Assembly (NCBI GenBank): GCA_039588275.1
Contig: JBDHAC010000004.1
Span: 14,447-78,446, forward strand
Length of the DNA: 64,000 bases
Reading direction: 5' to 3'
DNA from: Gemmatimonadota bacterium
GTDB lineage: Bacteria; Gemmatimonadota; Gemmatimonadetes; Palauibacterales; Palauibacteraceae
Under the pieces are notes generated by a model. The model was not told the DNA's origin, made no database searches, and was given only the letters and a program-made list of their open reading frames with translations. Below, piece after piece: positions 55,621-64,000 of this stretch (position 1 is the stretch's first letter; each line of letters begins with the position of its first letter). The position numbers were made by a program, and so were the translations under genes.

Positions 55621-55688
55621 GACCTATCCCTCGCTGAGACCTATCCCTCGCTGAGACCGATTCCTCGCTGAGACCGATTCCTCGCTCA
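55621..55688. repeat. 17-bp tandem repeat x4 filling a convergent intergenic gap
   Basis: GACCTATCCCTCGCTGA x2, GACCGATTCCTCGCTGA, GACCGATTCCTCGCTCA. Confidence 0.92.
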
Positions 55689-57518
55689 GGCTCGCTCGAC
55701 GACACGCGCGTCCCGAATCACTCCTCCGTTCTCGAACCCCAGCTGCTGCCCCTGGAACAGTCGCGCGTACAGGCCATCCTGCTCCAGCAACTCCGCGTGC
55801 GGGCCTTGCTCCACGATCCGTCCGCGGTCCAGCACCAGCAGTCGATCCGCGCGCGCCGCGGTCCGGAGCCGGTGCGCGATGATGACCGTGGTCCGCCCTC
55901 GCATCGCCTGCTGCAGGGCCTCCTCGACGAATTGTTCGCTCTCGGCATCCAGGCTGCTGGTTGCCTCGTCGAGGATCAAGATCTCGGGCGACTTCAGCAA
56001 CACGCGAGCGATCGCGAGTCGCTGCCGCTGGCCACCCGATAAGCGCACGCCTCGCTGTCCGACACGGGTATCGTACCCATTGGGCAAACGTCGGATGAAC
56101 TCCTCCGCGTACGCGCCACGAGCCGCGGCCTCGGTCTCCTCGTCGCTGGCGTCCAGCATCCCGTAGGCGATGTTGGCACGCACGGTGCCCGCGAACAGCG
56201 GGTGCTCTTGCGGGACGATGCCAACGCTGTCGCGCAAATCGGCGAGGCGGAAGCGGCGGATGTCGATGCCGTGCACGCGGACCACCCCTCGCGTCGGGTC
56301 CCAGAAGCGAGGGATCAATGACGCGAAGGTCGTCTTGCCCGCTCCGCTCGGTCCGACGATCGCGACGACCTCGCCGGGCTCGATGCGAAGGTTCACGTCG
56401 GCCATGGCCCAGGGTTCCTCCGACCCGTACCGGAACCAGACGTCCTCGAATACGATCTCGCCGGGGGCTCCACGGGGCATCGGCTCGGGCCGCGCTGGAT
56501 CCCGGATGTCCGGTTCCCGGTCCAGGAGCTCGAAGATCCGCTTGGCCGCGCCTTGTGCCTCCTGATAGGCACTCCACAGCGTCGCCAGGGTCGAGATCGC
56601 AGCGGCCACCTGAAACGCGTACAGGAGGAACGAGACCAGCTGGCCCGCCGTGATCTGCGCCGTGATCACGAGCCGACCCCCCTGCCACAGCACCACGACG
56701 ATCCCGCCGAATGCGACGACGGTCAGCACGCCGATCAACAGAGCGCGCGCCAGGGCGCGGGACAGCGCCGCATCGAGCGCGTCCCCGATGCGGTCGCCGT
56801 ATCGGGTCCGCTCCACCTCTTCCCGCACGAAGCTCTGAACCACATCGACCTGCGCGAACGCCTCTTCGGCCGCGGCGTGCGCGTCGGCGAGGCGATCCTG
56901 GACGGTCGTGCTCCTCCGACGCAGAAAGCGGCCGAACGTGAAGCCCAGCAGCACGACCGCCGGCGCCACCGTCAGAGTGGTGAGCATCAGCTGCCAGTGC
57001 AGGAGCGACAGAAGCGTCAGTCCGCCGAACAGATACAGCGTCTGTCTGGCCAGCTCGGCGAGCTGGTGCCCGAGGACGCCCTGCAGCGTGGAGCAGTCCG
57101 AAGCGAGCCGGCTGGTCAGCTCGCCCGATGGAGATTCCGCGTGGAAGCCGGGCGACAATCTGATCAGATGGGCGAAGAGATCGGTGCGGAGCCGCGCCAC
57201 GATGCGCTCACCGGTGGCCCCGAGCAGGTAGGCCTCGCCGAAGTTGAGGACCCCCTGAACCGCGAACAGCGCCGCCAGCCCGAGCGCGATCTGACCGAGC
57301 AGCTCGAGATCGCGGTTCACGAACGCGGCGTCCATCAGGTAGCGGACGACGAGTGGGAAGGCGAGGCCGGTGGCCGTGCTGAGGACGAGGCAGATGGCGG
57401 CGCCCGCCAACGCACCGCGATGAGGTCGGAGTCGAGGCGCCAGCCTCCGGAGCGTGAACAGGTCGAACTTCGATCCGGCGTTCGGCATCTGGCTCCTTGG
57501 CTCCCCCCCTTCCGCCAC
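55686..57518 (-). CDS. ABC exporter, fused TMD-NBD (MsbA-like)
   Basis: Six-TM domain; GPSGAGKT, LSGGQRQR, ILDEATSSLD and IAHRL motifs. Confidence 0.95.
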   Translation of the reverse strand: MAEGGEPRSQMPNAGSKFDLFTLRRLAPRLRPHRGALAGAAICLVLSTATGLAFPLVVRYLMDAAFVNRDLELLGQIALGLAALFAVQGVLNFGEAYLLGATGERIVARLRTDLFAHLIRLSPGFHAESPSGELTSRLASDCSTLQGVLGHQLAELARQTLYLFGGLTLLSLLHWQLMLTTLTVAPAVVLLGFTFGRFLRRRSTTVQDRLADAHAAAEEAFAQVDVVQSFVREEVERTRYGDRIGDALDAALSRALARALLIGVLTVVAFGGIVVVLWQGGRLVITAQITAGQLVSFLLYAFQVAAAISTLATLWSAYQEAQGAAKRIFELLDREPDIRDPARPEPMPRGAPGEIVFEDVWFRYGSEEPWAMADVNLRIEPGEVVAIVGPSGAGKTTFASLIPRFWDPTRGVVRVHGIDIRRFRLADLRDSVGIVPQEHPLFAGTVRANIAYGMLDASDEETEAAARGAYAEEFIRRLPNGYDTRVGQRGVRLSGGQRQRLAIARVLLKSPEILILDEATSSLDAESEQFVEEALQQAMRGRTTVIIAHRLRTAARADRLLVLDRGRIVEQGPHAELLEQDGLYARLFQGQQLGFENGGVIRDARVVERA

Positions 57519-57625
57519 CTATCTTGCGCGCCCGCCTATCGCCTCAACGCGGCAACTTCGCACCGGCCGGGAGGCACGCGCAAACTGACCCGCCGGACTC
57601 CCGAGCGGGTCGGAGGTGGCAATCC

Positions 57626-58564
57626 ATGAATAGTGAGGAAGCGGGCGCCAGGGGTTGGCGGCGGCTCGCGGCGATCGCGACGATCGTCAGCTATCTGCTC
57701 ATAGTCCTCGGAGGAATCGTCCGGATCACCGGCTCAGGGATGGGCTGCGGCGATGACTGGCCGCTGTGCAACGGCAAGCTGATCCCCCCGATGGACCTCC
57801 CTACACTCATCGAATATGGGCACCGGCTCGTGGCGGCGGCCGTGTCGATCCTCATCGCCGGGCTCGCGGTCTGGGCATGGCGGCACCGCAGGGACGCCGG
57901 TTGGCGCGGGCGCACGCGTCTGGCCACGTGGGCCCTCGGCCTGCTCGTCGTGCAGGTGATGTTGGGAGCCGTGACAGTATGGCTCGAGCTGCCTCCGTGG
58001 TCCGTGATCTTGCACTTGGGGACGGCGATGTCGCTGCTCGCCGTGTTGTTGATCGCGGCCCTCGGGAGCCGGGGGGAGGTCGCCACGCCGGAGGCTGCGC
58101 CGGACAGCCGCGGAAGCCTGGCGTGGACACTGACCGGACTCGGTGCGGTAGCCGTGCTGCTGGGGGCCCTCGTCGCCAATCTCGACGCGGCCCCCGCGTG
58201 TCAGGGCTTTCCGCTCTGCAACGGTCGCTGGCTGCCTGGACCGAGCTGGCGCGTACAGCTGCACTGGTTGCACCGTTTCGCCGCCTACGTCCTGATCGCG
58301 GGGAGCCTTGCGCTCCCGTGGCTCGCGGCCCGCGTACGGTCGAATGGGGGACGGGCAAAGTGGGCGGCCTGGGCGAGCGCGGCGACGGCGCTGGGTCAGC
58401 TGGTCGTGGCCGCGGCCATGGTGATGGGTTACTTGCCGATCGGCTGGGCCGACCCCGGAGCGATACGGTTGCGCGCCCTTCACGTCGCGCTCGGCACCGC
58501 CGTCTTCGCGGCCCTCCTGGCGTACGCGTGGCTGCAGCGACAGGGGAGCCGAACGACCGGCTAG
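57626..58564 (+). CDS. ctaA: Heme A synthase (CtaA/COX15)
   Basis: GSGMGC.DWPLC, EYGHR, LHL, C.GFPLC, HWLHR and LHV motifs; GGAGG SD. Confidence 0.88.
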   Translation: MNSEEAGARGWRRLAAIATIVSYLLIVLGGIVRITGSGMGCGDDWPLCNGKLIPPMDLPTLIEYGHRLVAAAVSILIAGLAVWAWRHRRDAGWRGRTRLATWALGLLVVQVMLGAVTVWLELPPWSVILHLGTAMSLLAVLLIAALGSRGEVATPEAAPDSRGSLAWTLTGLGAVAVLLGALVANLDAAPACQGFPLCNGRWLPGPSWRVQLHWLHRFAAYVLIAGSLALPWLAARVRSNGGRAKWAAWASAATALGQLVVAAAMVMGYLPIGWADPGAIRLRALHVALGTAVFAALLAYAWLQRQGSRTTG

Positions 58565-58584
58565 AGCAGTTCTTCAGCCACCTG

Positions 58585-59877
58585 CTAAACGGCCTCGAGC
58601 AACGCGACGTGCCCCAGACCGCCGGCCGCGCACACGCTCACGACCGAGAGCGTGCCGGCCGGCCGGTCCGCAAGCTCGCGGACCGTTTGTGAGAGCATGC
58701 GGGCTCCCGTTGCGGCGAACGGGTGACCGAGCGCGACGCTGCCCCCGTTCGGGTTAACCCGGTCGCTCGGAAAGCTACCGAAATCGCGGTCCACGCCCGA
58801 CCGGTCGCTTAGCCATTCCCGTGTCTGAAGCGCCTCGATCGTGGACAGCACCTGGGCGGCGAACGCCTCGTGGAATTCCCACAGCTCGATGTCTTCGTAG
58901 CCCAGGTCGTGTCGTGCCAGGAGCCGGGCGATCGCGATCGCCGGGGCGATCAGGAGTCCGTCGCGGCGCAGGTCGATCGCCGCCTCCTCCCAATCCATCA
59001 GGCGCGCGCGGGGGAGGGTGGAAGGTAGGCGGCCGGCGCCCTCTGCTGATGCGATCCAGCACGCGGCTGCACCGTCCGTCAGCGGCGAGGAGTTCCCCGC
59101 CGTCAACGTGCCACGCGCCTTGTCGAACGCGGGGCGTAGCTGGGCAAGCTTCTCGAGGGTCGTATCCGGGCGCGGGATCGTGTCGCGGTCGGCGGGGAAC
59201 GTTCCGGGCGAGACGAGCAGCGGTCGGAAGAACGCGGCTCCGTCCGCCGAGGCCCGGAGATGGCTGGCGAGCGCGAGCTCATCCTGCGCCTCCCGCGAGA
59301 TACTCCACTCTTTGGCCATCTCCTCCGCGTGCCGGCCCATCGTCTTTCCGGTCTTTCGCTCCTTGACGGCCGGGACCGCGAGCTTGAGGTCCGAGAGCCG
59401 CACCTGTCCCAGGGTACGGGCCGCGCGCCCCGCGCCTCCCGCGGAGGCGACGCGTCGAATCGTCCGGCTCAGACCCTTCGAGAGACCTATCTGCGTGTGG
59501 GTCATGGATTCGACTCCGCCGCACAGCGCGAGCGCGATACCCCTCGCCCGCACCTGCCCCGCGGCGTGTGTAGCGGCGGCCAGGCTCGTGGCACATGCCT
59601 GTACGATGCCTTGGCCCGGCACGGTCGCGGCGAGGCCCGAATCGAACCATACCTCACGCGCCCAGTTGCTCACGGCGAGCGTGGGGATGACGGACCCCCA
59701 AATGACCAGATCGATCTCGCTCGCCCGATCGCGGCCAAGACCGGATTCACCGGCGACGGTCTGTTGAACGACGGGCGCGGACAGCTCGAGCGCGTCAAGC
59801 CTGCCCAACTCACGATCGATCTTGCAGAACGGGCTGCGGAGCCCGGGGAGGACGAACACTTCGGGTGACGTGTTCAT
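58585..59877 (-). CDS. Acetyl-CoA C-acyltransferase (thiolase, FadI-like)
   Basis: QACATS, GGVESM, TAGNSSPLTDGA, HEAFA, GHPFAATG and CAAGG motifs. Confidence 0.9.
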   Translation of the reverse strand: MNTSPEVFVLPGLRSPFCKIDRELGRLDALELSAPVVQQTVAGESGLGRDRASEIDLVIWGSVIPTLAVSNWAREVWFDSGLAATVPGQGIVQACATSLAAATHAAGQVRARGIALALCGGVESMTHTQIGLSKGLSRTIRRVASAGGAGRAARTLGQVRLSDLKLAVPAVKERKTGKTMGRHAEEMAKEWSISREAQDELALASHLRASADGAAFFRPLLVSPGTFPADRDTIPRPDTTLEKLAQLRPAFDKARGTLTAGNSSPLTDGAAACWIASAEGAGRLPSTLPRARLMDWEEAAIDLRRDGLLIAPAIAIARLLARHDLGYEDIELWEFHEAFAAQVLSTIEALQTREWLSDRSGVDRDFGSFPSDRVNPNGGSVALGHPFAATGARMLSQTVRELADRPAGTLSVVSVCAAGGLGHVALLEAV

Positions 59878-60073
59878 GAGGCGCTCCTTGCAGGCCGCCG
59901 GAGTTCTTCAGCGGCCCGCCTCAATTGAGGTCCGCGCACCGAAGCGAGGCGCGCGGTCCAGAACGATGCATGGCATCGCGAGCGCGCGATGCGCAAGATG
60001 GTGCGCGCATCGAATGCCGATGTCTTCTGGGAACGTGGACCCGGGGGAACGCTATACGAGCCGAGCGGTGACG

Positions 60074-61567
60074 ATGAGAGTGCGTTTCGCTCCCAGCCCC
60101 ACCGGGTACCTGCACGTGGGAGGTGCCCGTACGGCGCTGTTCAACTATCTCCTGGCGCGCCGGCAGGCGGGCGTCTTCCTCCTCCGGATCGAGGACACCG
60201 ACCGGGACCGGTCGAGCGATGAGATGACCCGGGCCATCCTGGACGGATTGAGCTGGTTGGGTCTCGAAGTCGACGAAGGACCGGTCCACCAGGCGGATGG
60301 CCTCGATCGGCACCGCCGGGACGCACTGGGGCTGCTCGACGCCGGGAAGGCGTACCGGTGCTTCTGCACGCCGGCGGATCTGGCGGCCCGCCGCGCAGAA
60401 GCGGAGCGACGAGGGGAGGGCTTCGGATACGACGGACGTTGCCGCCGGCTGGGCGCCGACGAATCCACGTCGCGGGCCGACGGGGGAGAGCCCTTCGCGA
60501 TCCGCTTCGCCGTCCCCGACGGGGCGACATCCTGGGGTGATCTCGTACACGGCGAGCTAGCGTTCGACAACTCGACCCTGGACGACTTCGTCATCCTGCG
60601 CTCCGACGAGACGCCCGTGTACAATCTCGCCGTAGTGTCCGACGATGCGGAGTCACGAATCACGCACGTGATCCGCGGCGACGACCACATCTCCAACACA
60701 CCCAAGCAGATCCTCATCTACCAGGCGCTCGGCCACGATCCGCCCGCGTTCGCCCACGTGCCCATGATTCTCGGACCGGACGGCAAGCGGCTCTCGAAGC
60801 GACATGGCGCCATGGCGATCGGGGCGTACCGGAAGATGGGCTTCTTACCCGAGGGCATGGTGAACTTCCTGGCCCTCCTGGGCTGGTCACCCGGGGATGA
60901 CAGAGAGGTCATGGGGCTCGAGGAGATCATCGAAGCCTTCGACCTGGCCCGCGTCCAAAAGAAGAGCGCGGTGTTCGACACCGAGAAGCTCGAATGGCTG
61001 AACGGCCAGCACATCGCCCGCACCCCCGGGGCGCAGCTGCTGCCGCTGGTCGTGGATGCGCTGCGACCCGGGGCGGACGCTGACGAGACACAAGCGGTGG
61101 CAGCGATAGTCGCGGAGCTGGACGCCGACACGGAGCGCGCCGTCCGGGTGATCGACTTCGTAAAGGAACGGCCGCGCACGATACCGTCCCTCGCGGCGCA
61201 AGTGAGCCCGTTCTTCGGAGAGACGGTCGCCTACGAGGAAGGCGCCGTGGCCCGATTCTGGAGACGCCCTGCGGAAGCGGCGCATCTGCTTCGCGCGTTT
61301 CAGGCTCGGGTGGCCTCGCTCGATACGTGGGCGGCCGAACCGCTCGAGAGCGCGCTCCGAGCGCTGGCGGACGAAATGGAGATCGGGGCTGGCAAGATGA
61401 TCCACCCCCTGCGGGTGGCGCTCATGGGTCAGGCGGTGAGCCCCGGCATCTTCGAGGTCCTCGTCGTGATGGGGCGCGAGCGAACCCAGGACAGGATCGA
61501 AGCGGCACTCGGCTACCTGGATGCCAAGGCTGCGGTCGAAGCCTTGGAGGAGAGACCTCGGACGTGA
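60074..61567 (+). CDS. gltX: Glutamate--tRNA ligase
   Basis: RFAPSPTGYLHVGG, LRIEDTD, CFC..Y..C zinc site, RLSKR, anticodon domain with LRVAL.G..SP. Confidence 0.95.
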   Translation: MRVRFAPSPTGYLHVGGARTALFNYLLARRQAGVFLLRIEDTDRDRSSDEMTRAILDGLSWLGLEVDEGPVHQADGLDRHRRDALGLLDAGKAYRCFCTPADLAARRAEAERRGEGFGYDGRCRRLGADESTSRADGGEPFAIRFAVPDGATSWGDLVHGELAFDNSTLDDFVILRSDETPVYNLAVVSDDAESRITHVIRGDDHISNTPKQILIYQALGHDPPAFAHVPMILGPDGKRLSKRHGAMAIGAYRKMGFLPEGMVNFLALLGWSPGDDREVMGLEEIIEAFDLARVQKKSAVFDTEKLEWLNGQHIARTPGAQLLPLVVDALRPGADADETQAVAAIVAELDADTERAVRVIDFVKERPRTIPSLAAQVSPFFGETVAYEEGAVARFWRRPAEAAHLLRAFQARVASLDTWAAEPLESALRALADEMEIGAGKMIHPLRVALMGQAVSPGIFEVLVVMGRERTQDRIEAALGYLDAKAAVEALEERPRT

Positions 61568-62046
61568 GCGGTCCGGCGCCGGAACCGTCTGATCCTCCGC
61601 CCGAGGACCTCCGCTGGATGCGCAGGGCTCTCGAGCTCGCAGCCCGCGCGGCCGATCACCATGAAGTGCCCGTCGGAGCCGTGTTGATCGGACCTGAGGG
61701 GCTCGCGGCCGAGGACCACAACCGAACCCGCGAGCTGGCCGATCCGACCGCGCACGCGGAGACGCTCGTGCTTCGAGCAGGAGGGCGGCAGCTGGGCGAC
61801 TGGCGCCTCCTCGATCACACGCTGTACGTGACGCTGGAGCCGTGCGCCATGTGCACGGGCGCCGCAGTGCTCGCTCGCATCCCACGCCTCGTGTTCGGCG
61901 CCCGGGATCCGAAGGCGGGAATGTGCGGCTCCCTCGAAGACCTCACCCGTGACCCCCGGCTCAACCATCGAATCGAGGTGACGAGCGGCGTGCTCGCCGA
62001 GGAGAGCTCCCGCTTACTCAGGGAGTTCTTCGGACAAAGGCGTTGA
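61564..62046 (+). CDS. tadA: tRNA adenosine(34) deaminase
   Basis: EVPVGAV, DPTAHAE, TLEPCAMC, DPKAG and LNH motifs; GTGA overlap with gltX. Confidence 0.95.
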   Translation: MSGPAPEPSDPPPEDLRWMRRALELAARAADHHEVPVGAVLIGPEGLAAEDHNRTRELADPTAHAETLVLRAGGRQLGDWRLLDHTLYVTLEPCAMCTGAAVLARIPRLVFGARDPKAGMCGSLEDLTRDPRLNHRIEVTSGVLAEESSRLLREFFGQRR

Positions 62047-64000
62047 GCGTTCCGAGGTGTTCAGGCGGCCGACGAAGCGGAGCGTGAGGTAAAGGCTGGC
62101 GATCCCCAGGCCGTACGAGACCGCCGGGTGGAGCCCGTAGGCGGTGGCCAGGTAACCGAACAGCACGGCGGTTACGGCCACGGTCAACGCGTACGGGAGC
62201 TGGGTGCGGACGTGATCCATGTGGTCGCACGCCGACGCCATCGAGCTCAACACGGTCGTGTCCGAGATCGGCGAGCAGTGGTCGCCGAAGATTGCCCCGG
62301 CGAGCACGGCGCTCACCGTGCCAAGCAGTAGCGTCGAGCTCAGGCCGCCCACGGCCGGCGAAGCCCCTCCCATCGCGACGATCAGCGGGACGACGAGCGG
62401 CAGCAGGATCGCCATCGTCGCCCACGAGGTACCCGTCGCGAACGAGATCGCCGCCGCCGTGATGAACACCAGCGCCGGCAGGAGACGCGGATCCAGGTTG
62501 TCGGAGAGGATCTGCGTCAGATAGCGGGCCGTCCCGACCTCCTCCGTCACGAGCCCCAGCGACCACGCCAGGATGAGGATCGCGAAGGCCACCATCATCG
62601 CCTTCACTCCGGCCAGCAGTGCCTCGATCGACTCCCTCAACGTGAGGATGCGCTGCGTGACGGCGAGCAGCATCGCCACCGTGGCGCCCGCGAGAGACCC
62701 CCACAGGAGTGTCTTGAACGGGTCGGCCGCGCCGAAGATGTCCCACAGCGACCCGTCGCCCGCGCCGGTCCGACCATCGAAGTAAAGGCCGAGCACCACG
62801 ACGATCACCACCGTGATGACCGGGATCGCCGCGTTCAGCCAGCGGTGCGGGGCGCCCTCCTTCGCGTCCAGCCCCCCGGCCTCCGTGTCCATCATGAGCT
62901 GGGCGCCTTCGCGATATACGCCGCCGCCGCCCCGGGCGCGGCTCTCCGCTCGGTGCATGGGTCCGAAGTCGCGCCGGGTGAAGACGATCAGCCCGACCAT
63001 CACCAGCGCGAGGATCGGGTAGAAGAGGTAGGGGATGGTCTCCAGGAACACCGTGAACGGACTCGCGCTCGCGAGGCTCGCCGCCAGCGCCGGATCGCTG
63101 GTCTGCTGCGACGCGATCCGCAGGCCATCCTGAATGCGCGAGATCTCGAACCCCACCCACGTGGAGACGAACACGATCGTCACGACCGGCGCGGCGGTCG
63201 AGTCGACGATGTAGGCGAGCTTCTCGCGCGACACCCGGAGCTTATCGGTGATGGGCCTGAACGTGTTTCCGACGATCAGCGTGTTCGCGTAGTCGTCGAA
63301 GAAGATCGCGAGCCCGGCCAGGAACGTCGCCAGCTGCGCCCGGCGGGGCGACGACGCCAACGGGCGGACGGCCGCCACGATCCCGCGGCTGCCGCCGCAG
63401 CGGCCGATCACTCCCACCATGCCGCCGAGGAGCGCCGTGAACATCAGGATCGAGGCGTTGCTGATATCCGCGACCGAAGGCGTGATGAAGGTGTCGATCG
63501 ATCTCCAGAGCGCGGACAGCGGGTTGAGGCCTGCTGCGAAGAACGCCCCGATCCACACGCCCAGGAATAGAGAGATCACGACCTCGCGAAAGATGAGCGC
63601 GAGCGCGATCGCCACCAGCGGCGGGAGGATGCTGATCCACCCCGGGAAGATCGGCCGGTCCAGCGACCCCTCACCGGTCTCGCCGGCCGCCCCCGCAACC
63701 TCGATGCGGAGCGGGAGCTGCGCTCCGCCGCTCACCTGTAGGTCGCGAACCAGAACATCCTCGCGGGGCGAAAGCGCGCCTGCGGCCAGCTCGCGCCCAT
63801 CGGCCGTCAGCACGCGGTACGACGCATCACCCAGGTCCTCGAGGCGCAGCGTGAGGTTGAAGGACACACCGCTCAACAGGACGGCAGGGGCGTCGACGCT
63901 GATGGACAGACCGTCCGCCGGCTCTTGGCCGGAGGTAGGGCTTGGCCCGCACGCGAGAGCGAGAAGCGCGGCAACGACTGCCGGTGAGCCCCGTGAGCGC
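62014..64000 (-). CDS. Na+/H+ antiporter NhaC-family protein with N-terminal extension (5' end outside window)
   Basis: FFDDYAN, EKLAYIVDSTAAP, FATGTSW, GDHCSPISDTT and HVRTQ motifs; frame stays open past 63876 to the window edge (..VVAALLALACGP..). Confidence 0.9.
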   Translation of the reverse strand, partial: RSRGSPAVVAALLALACGPSPTSGQEPADGLSISVDAPAVLLSGVSFNLTLRLEDLGDASYRVLTADGRELAAGALSPREDVLVRDLQVSGGAQLPLRIEVAGAAGETGEGSLDRPIFPGWISILPPLVAIALALIFREVVISLFLGVWIGAFFAAGLNPLSALWRSIDTFITPSVADISNASILMFTALLGGMVGVIGRCGGSRGIVAAVRPLASSPRRAQLATFLAGLAIFFDDYANTLIVGNTFRPITDKLRVSREKLAYIVDSTAAPVVTIVFVSTWVGFEISRIQDGLRIASQQTSDPALAASLASASPFTVFLETIPYLFYPILALVMVGLIVFTRRDFGPMHRAESRARGGGGVYREGAQLMMDTEAGGLDAKEGAPHRWLNAAIPVITVVIVVVLGLYFDGRTGAGDGSLWDIFGAADPFKTLLWGSLAGATVAMLLAVTQRILTLRESIEALLAGVKAMMVAFAILILAWSLGLVTEEVGTARYLTQILSDNLDPRLLPALVFITAAAISFATGTSWATMAILLPLVVPLIVAMGGASPAVGGLSSTLLLGTVSAVLAGAIFGDHCSPISDTTVLSSMASACDHMDHVRTQLPYALTVAVTAVLFGYLATAYGLHPAVSYGLGIASLYLTLRFVGRLNTSERSTPLSEELPE

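Noticed and set aside
55621-55688. 17-bp repeats as a CRISPR array or iterons
   Set aside because: The units are contiguous with no spacers and too short for CRISPR, and there is no cas or rep gene nearby.
61564-62046. tadA as a member of the Tad pilus locus
   Set aside because: Name clash only. This is the tRNA adenosine deaminase; the pilus ATPase is at 36750..38153.
1-64000. Many long antisense or alternate-frame ORFs (e.g. 6525..8378 +, 31422..33182 +, 39576..41408 +, 24535..26109 -)
   Set aside because: They shadow well-supported genes, carry no motifs, and are expected from stop-codon scarcity at high GC.

Overview
High-GC (roughly 70% by eye), densely coding bacterial chromosome segment. 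Gene content and style suggest a diderm such as Gemmatimonadota, which is inference only. I see no rRNA, tRNA, CRISPR array, integrase or transposase. Left to right: an oxidative pentose-phosphate block (zwf partial, gnd, pgi) with a Tat-exported PLP enzyme, ppa and fhs; an exported PIG-L deacetylase, small membrane protein and Na+/solute symporter operon; an FHA-trypsin protease; a basic nucleoid-like protein; a VKOR-DsbA fusion; a translationally coupled three-gene FN3/TPR/beta-barrel surface operon; assorted metabolic genes (cupin, SDR, ferritin, cls, lysophospholipase, iodotyrosine-deiodinase-like, AAA ATPase, Leu dehydrogenase); a Tad/Flp pilus locus (flp-cpaA-tadE-cpaB-cpaC-tadG-cpaE-cpaF-tadB-tadC-DUF192). 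The Tad locus continues downstream into a second AAA+ ATPase, a multi-TM protein, a MIDAS/VWA lipoprotein and an unannotated 23-aa membrane peptide, and is flanked upstream by a GT-C-like membrane protein plus a prenyltransferase-fold/DUF362 pair. The rest holds tag, a CAP lipoprotein, D-aminoacylase, a 44-aa repeat protein, TlpA, an ABC exporter, CtaA, a thiolase, gltX, tRNA deaminase and NhaC. The best candidates for undescribed biology are: (1) the FN3 operon, where a 7xFN3 protein ends in an orphan FN3 A-strand and the co-translated lipoprotein seems to lack that strand, suggesting donor-strand anchoring; (2) the accessory modules on both sides of the Tad pilus; (3) a sigma54-type promoter driving a structured non-coding RNA at about 54805-54960; (4) an alternative-pairing switch in the flp leader. 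All family assignments come from motif recognition by eye, with no database search.
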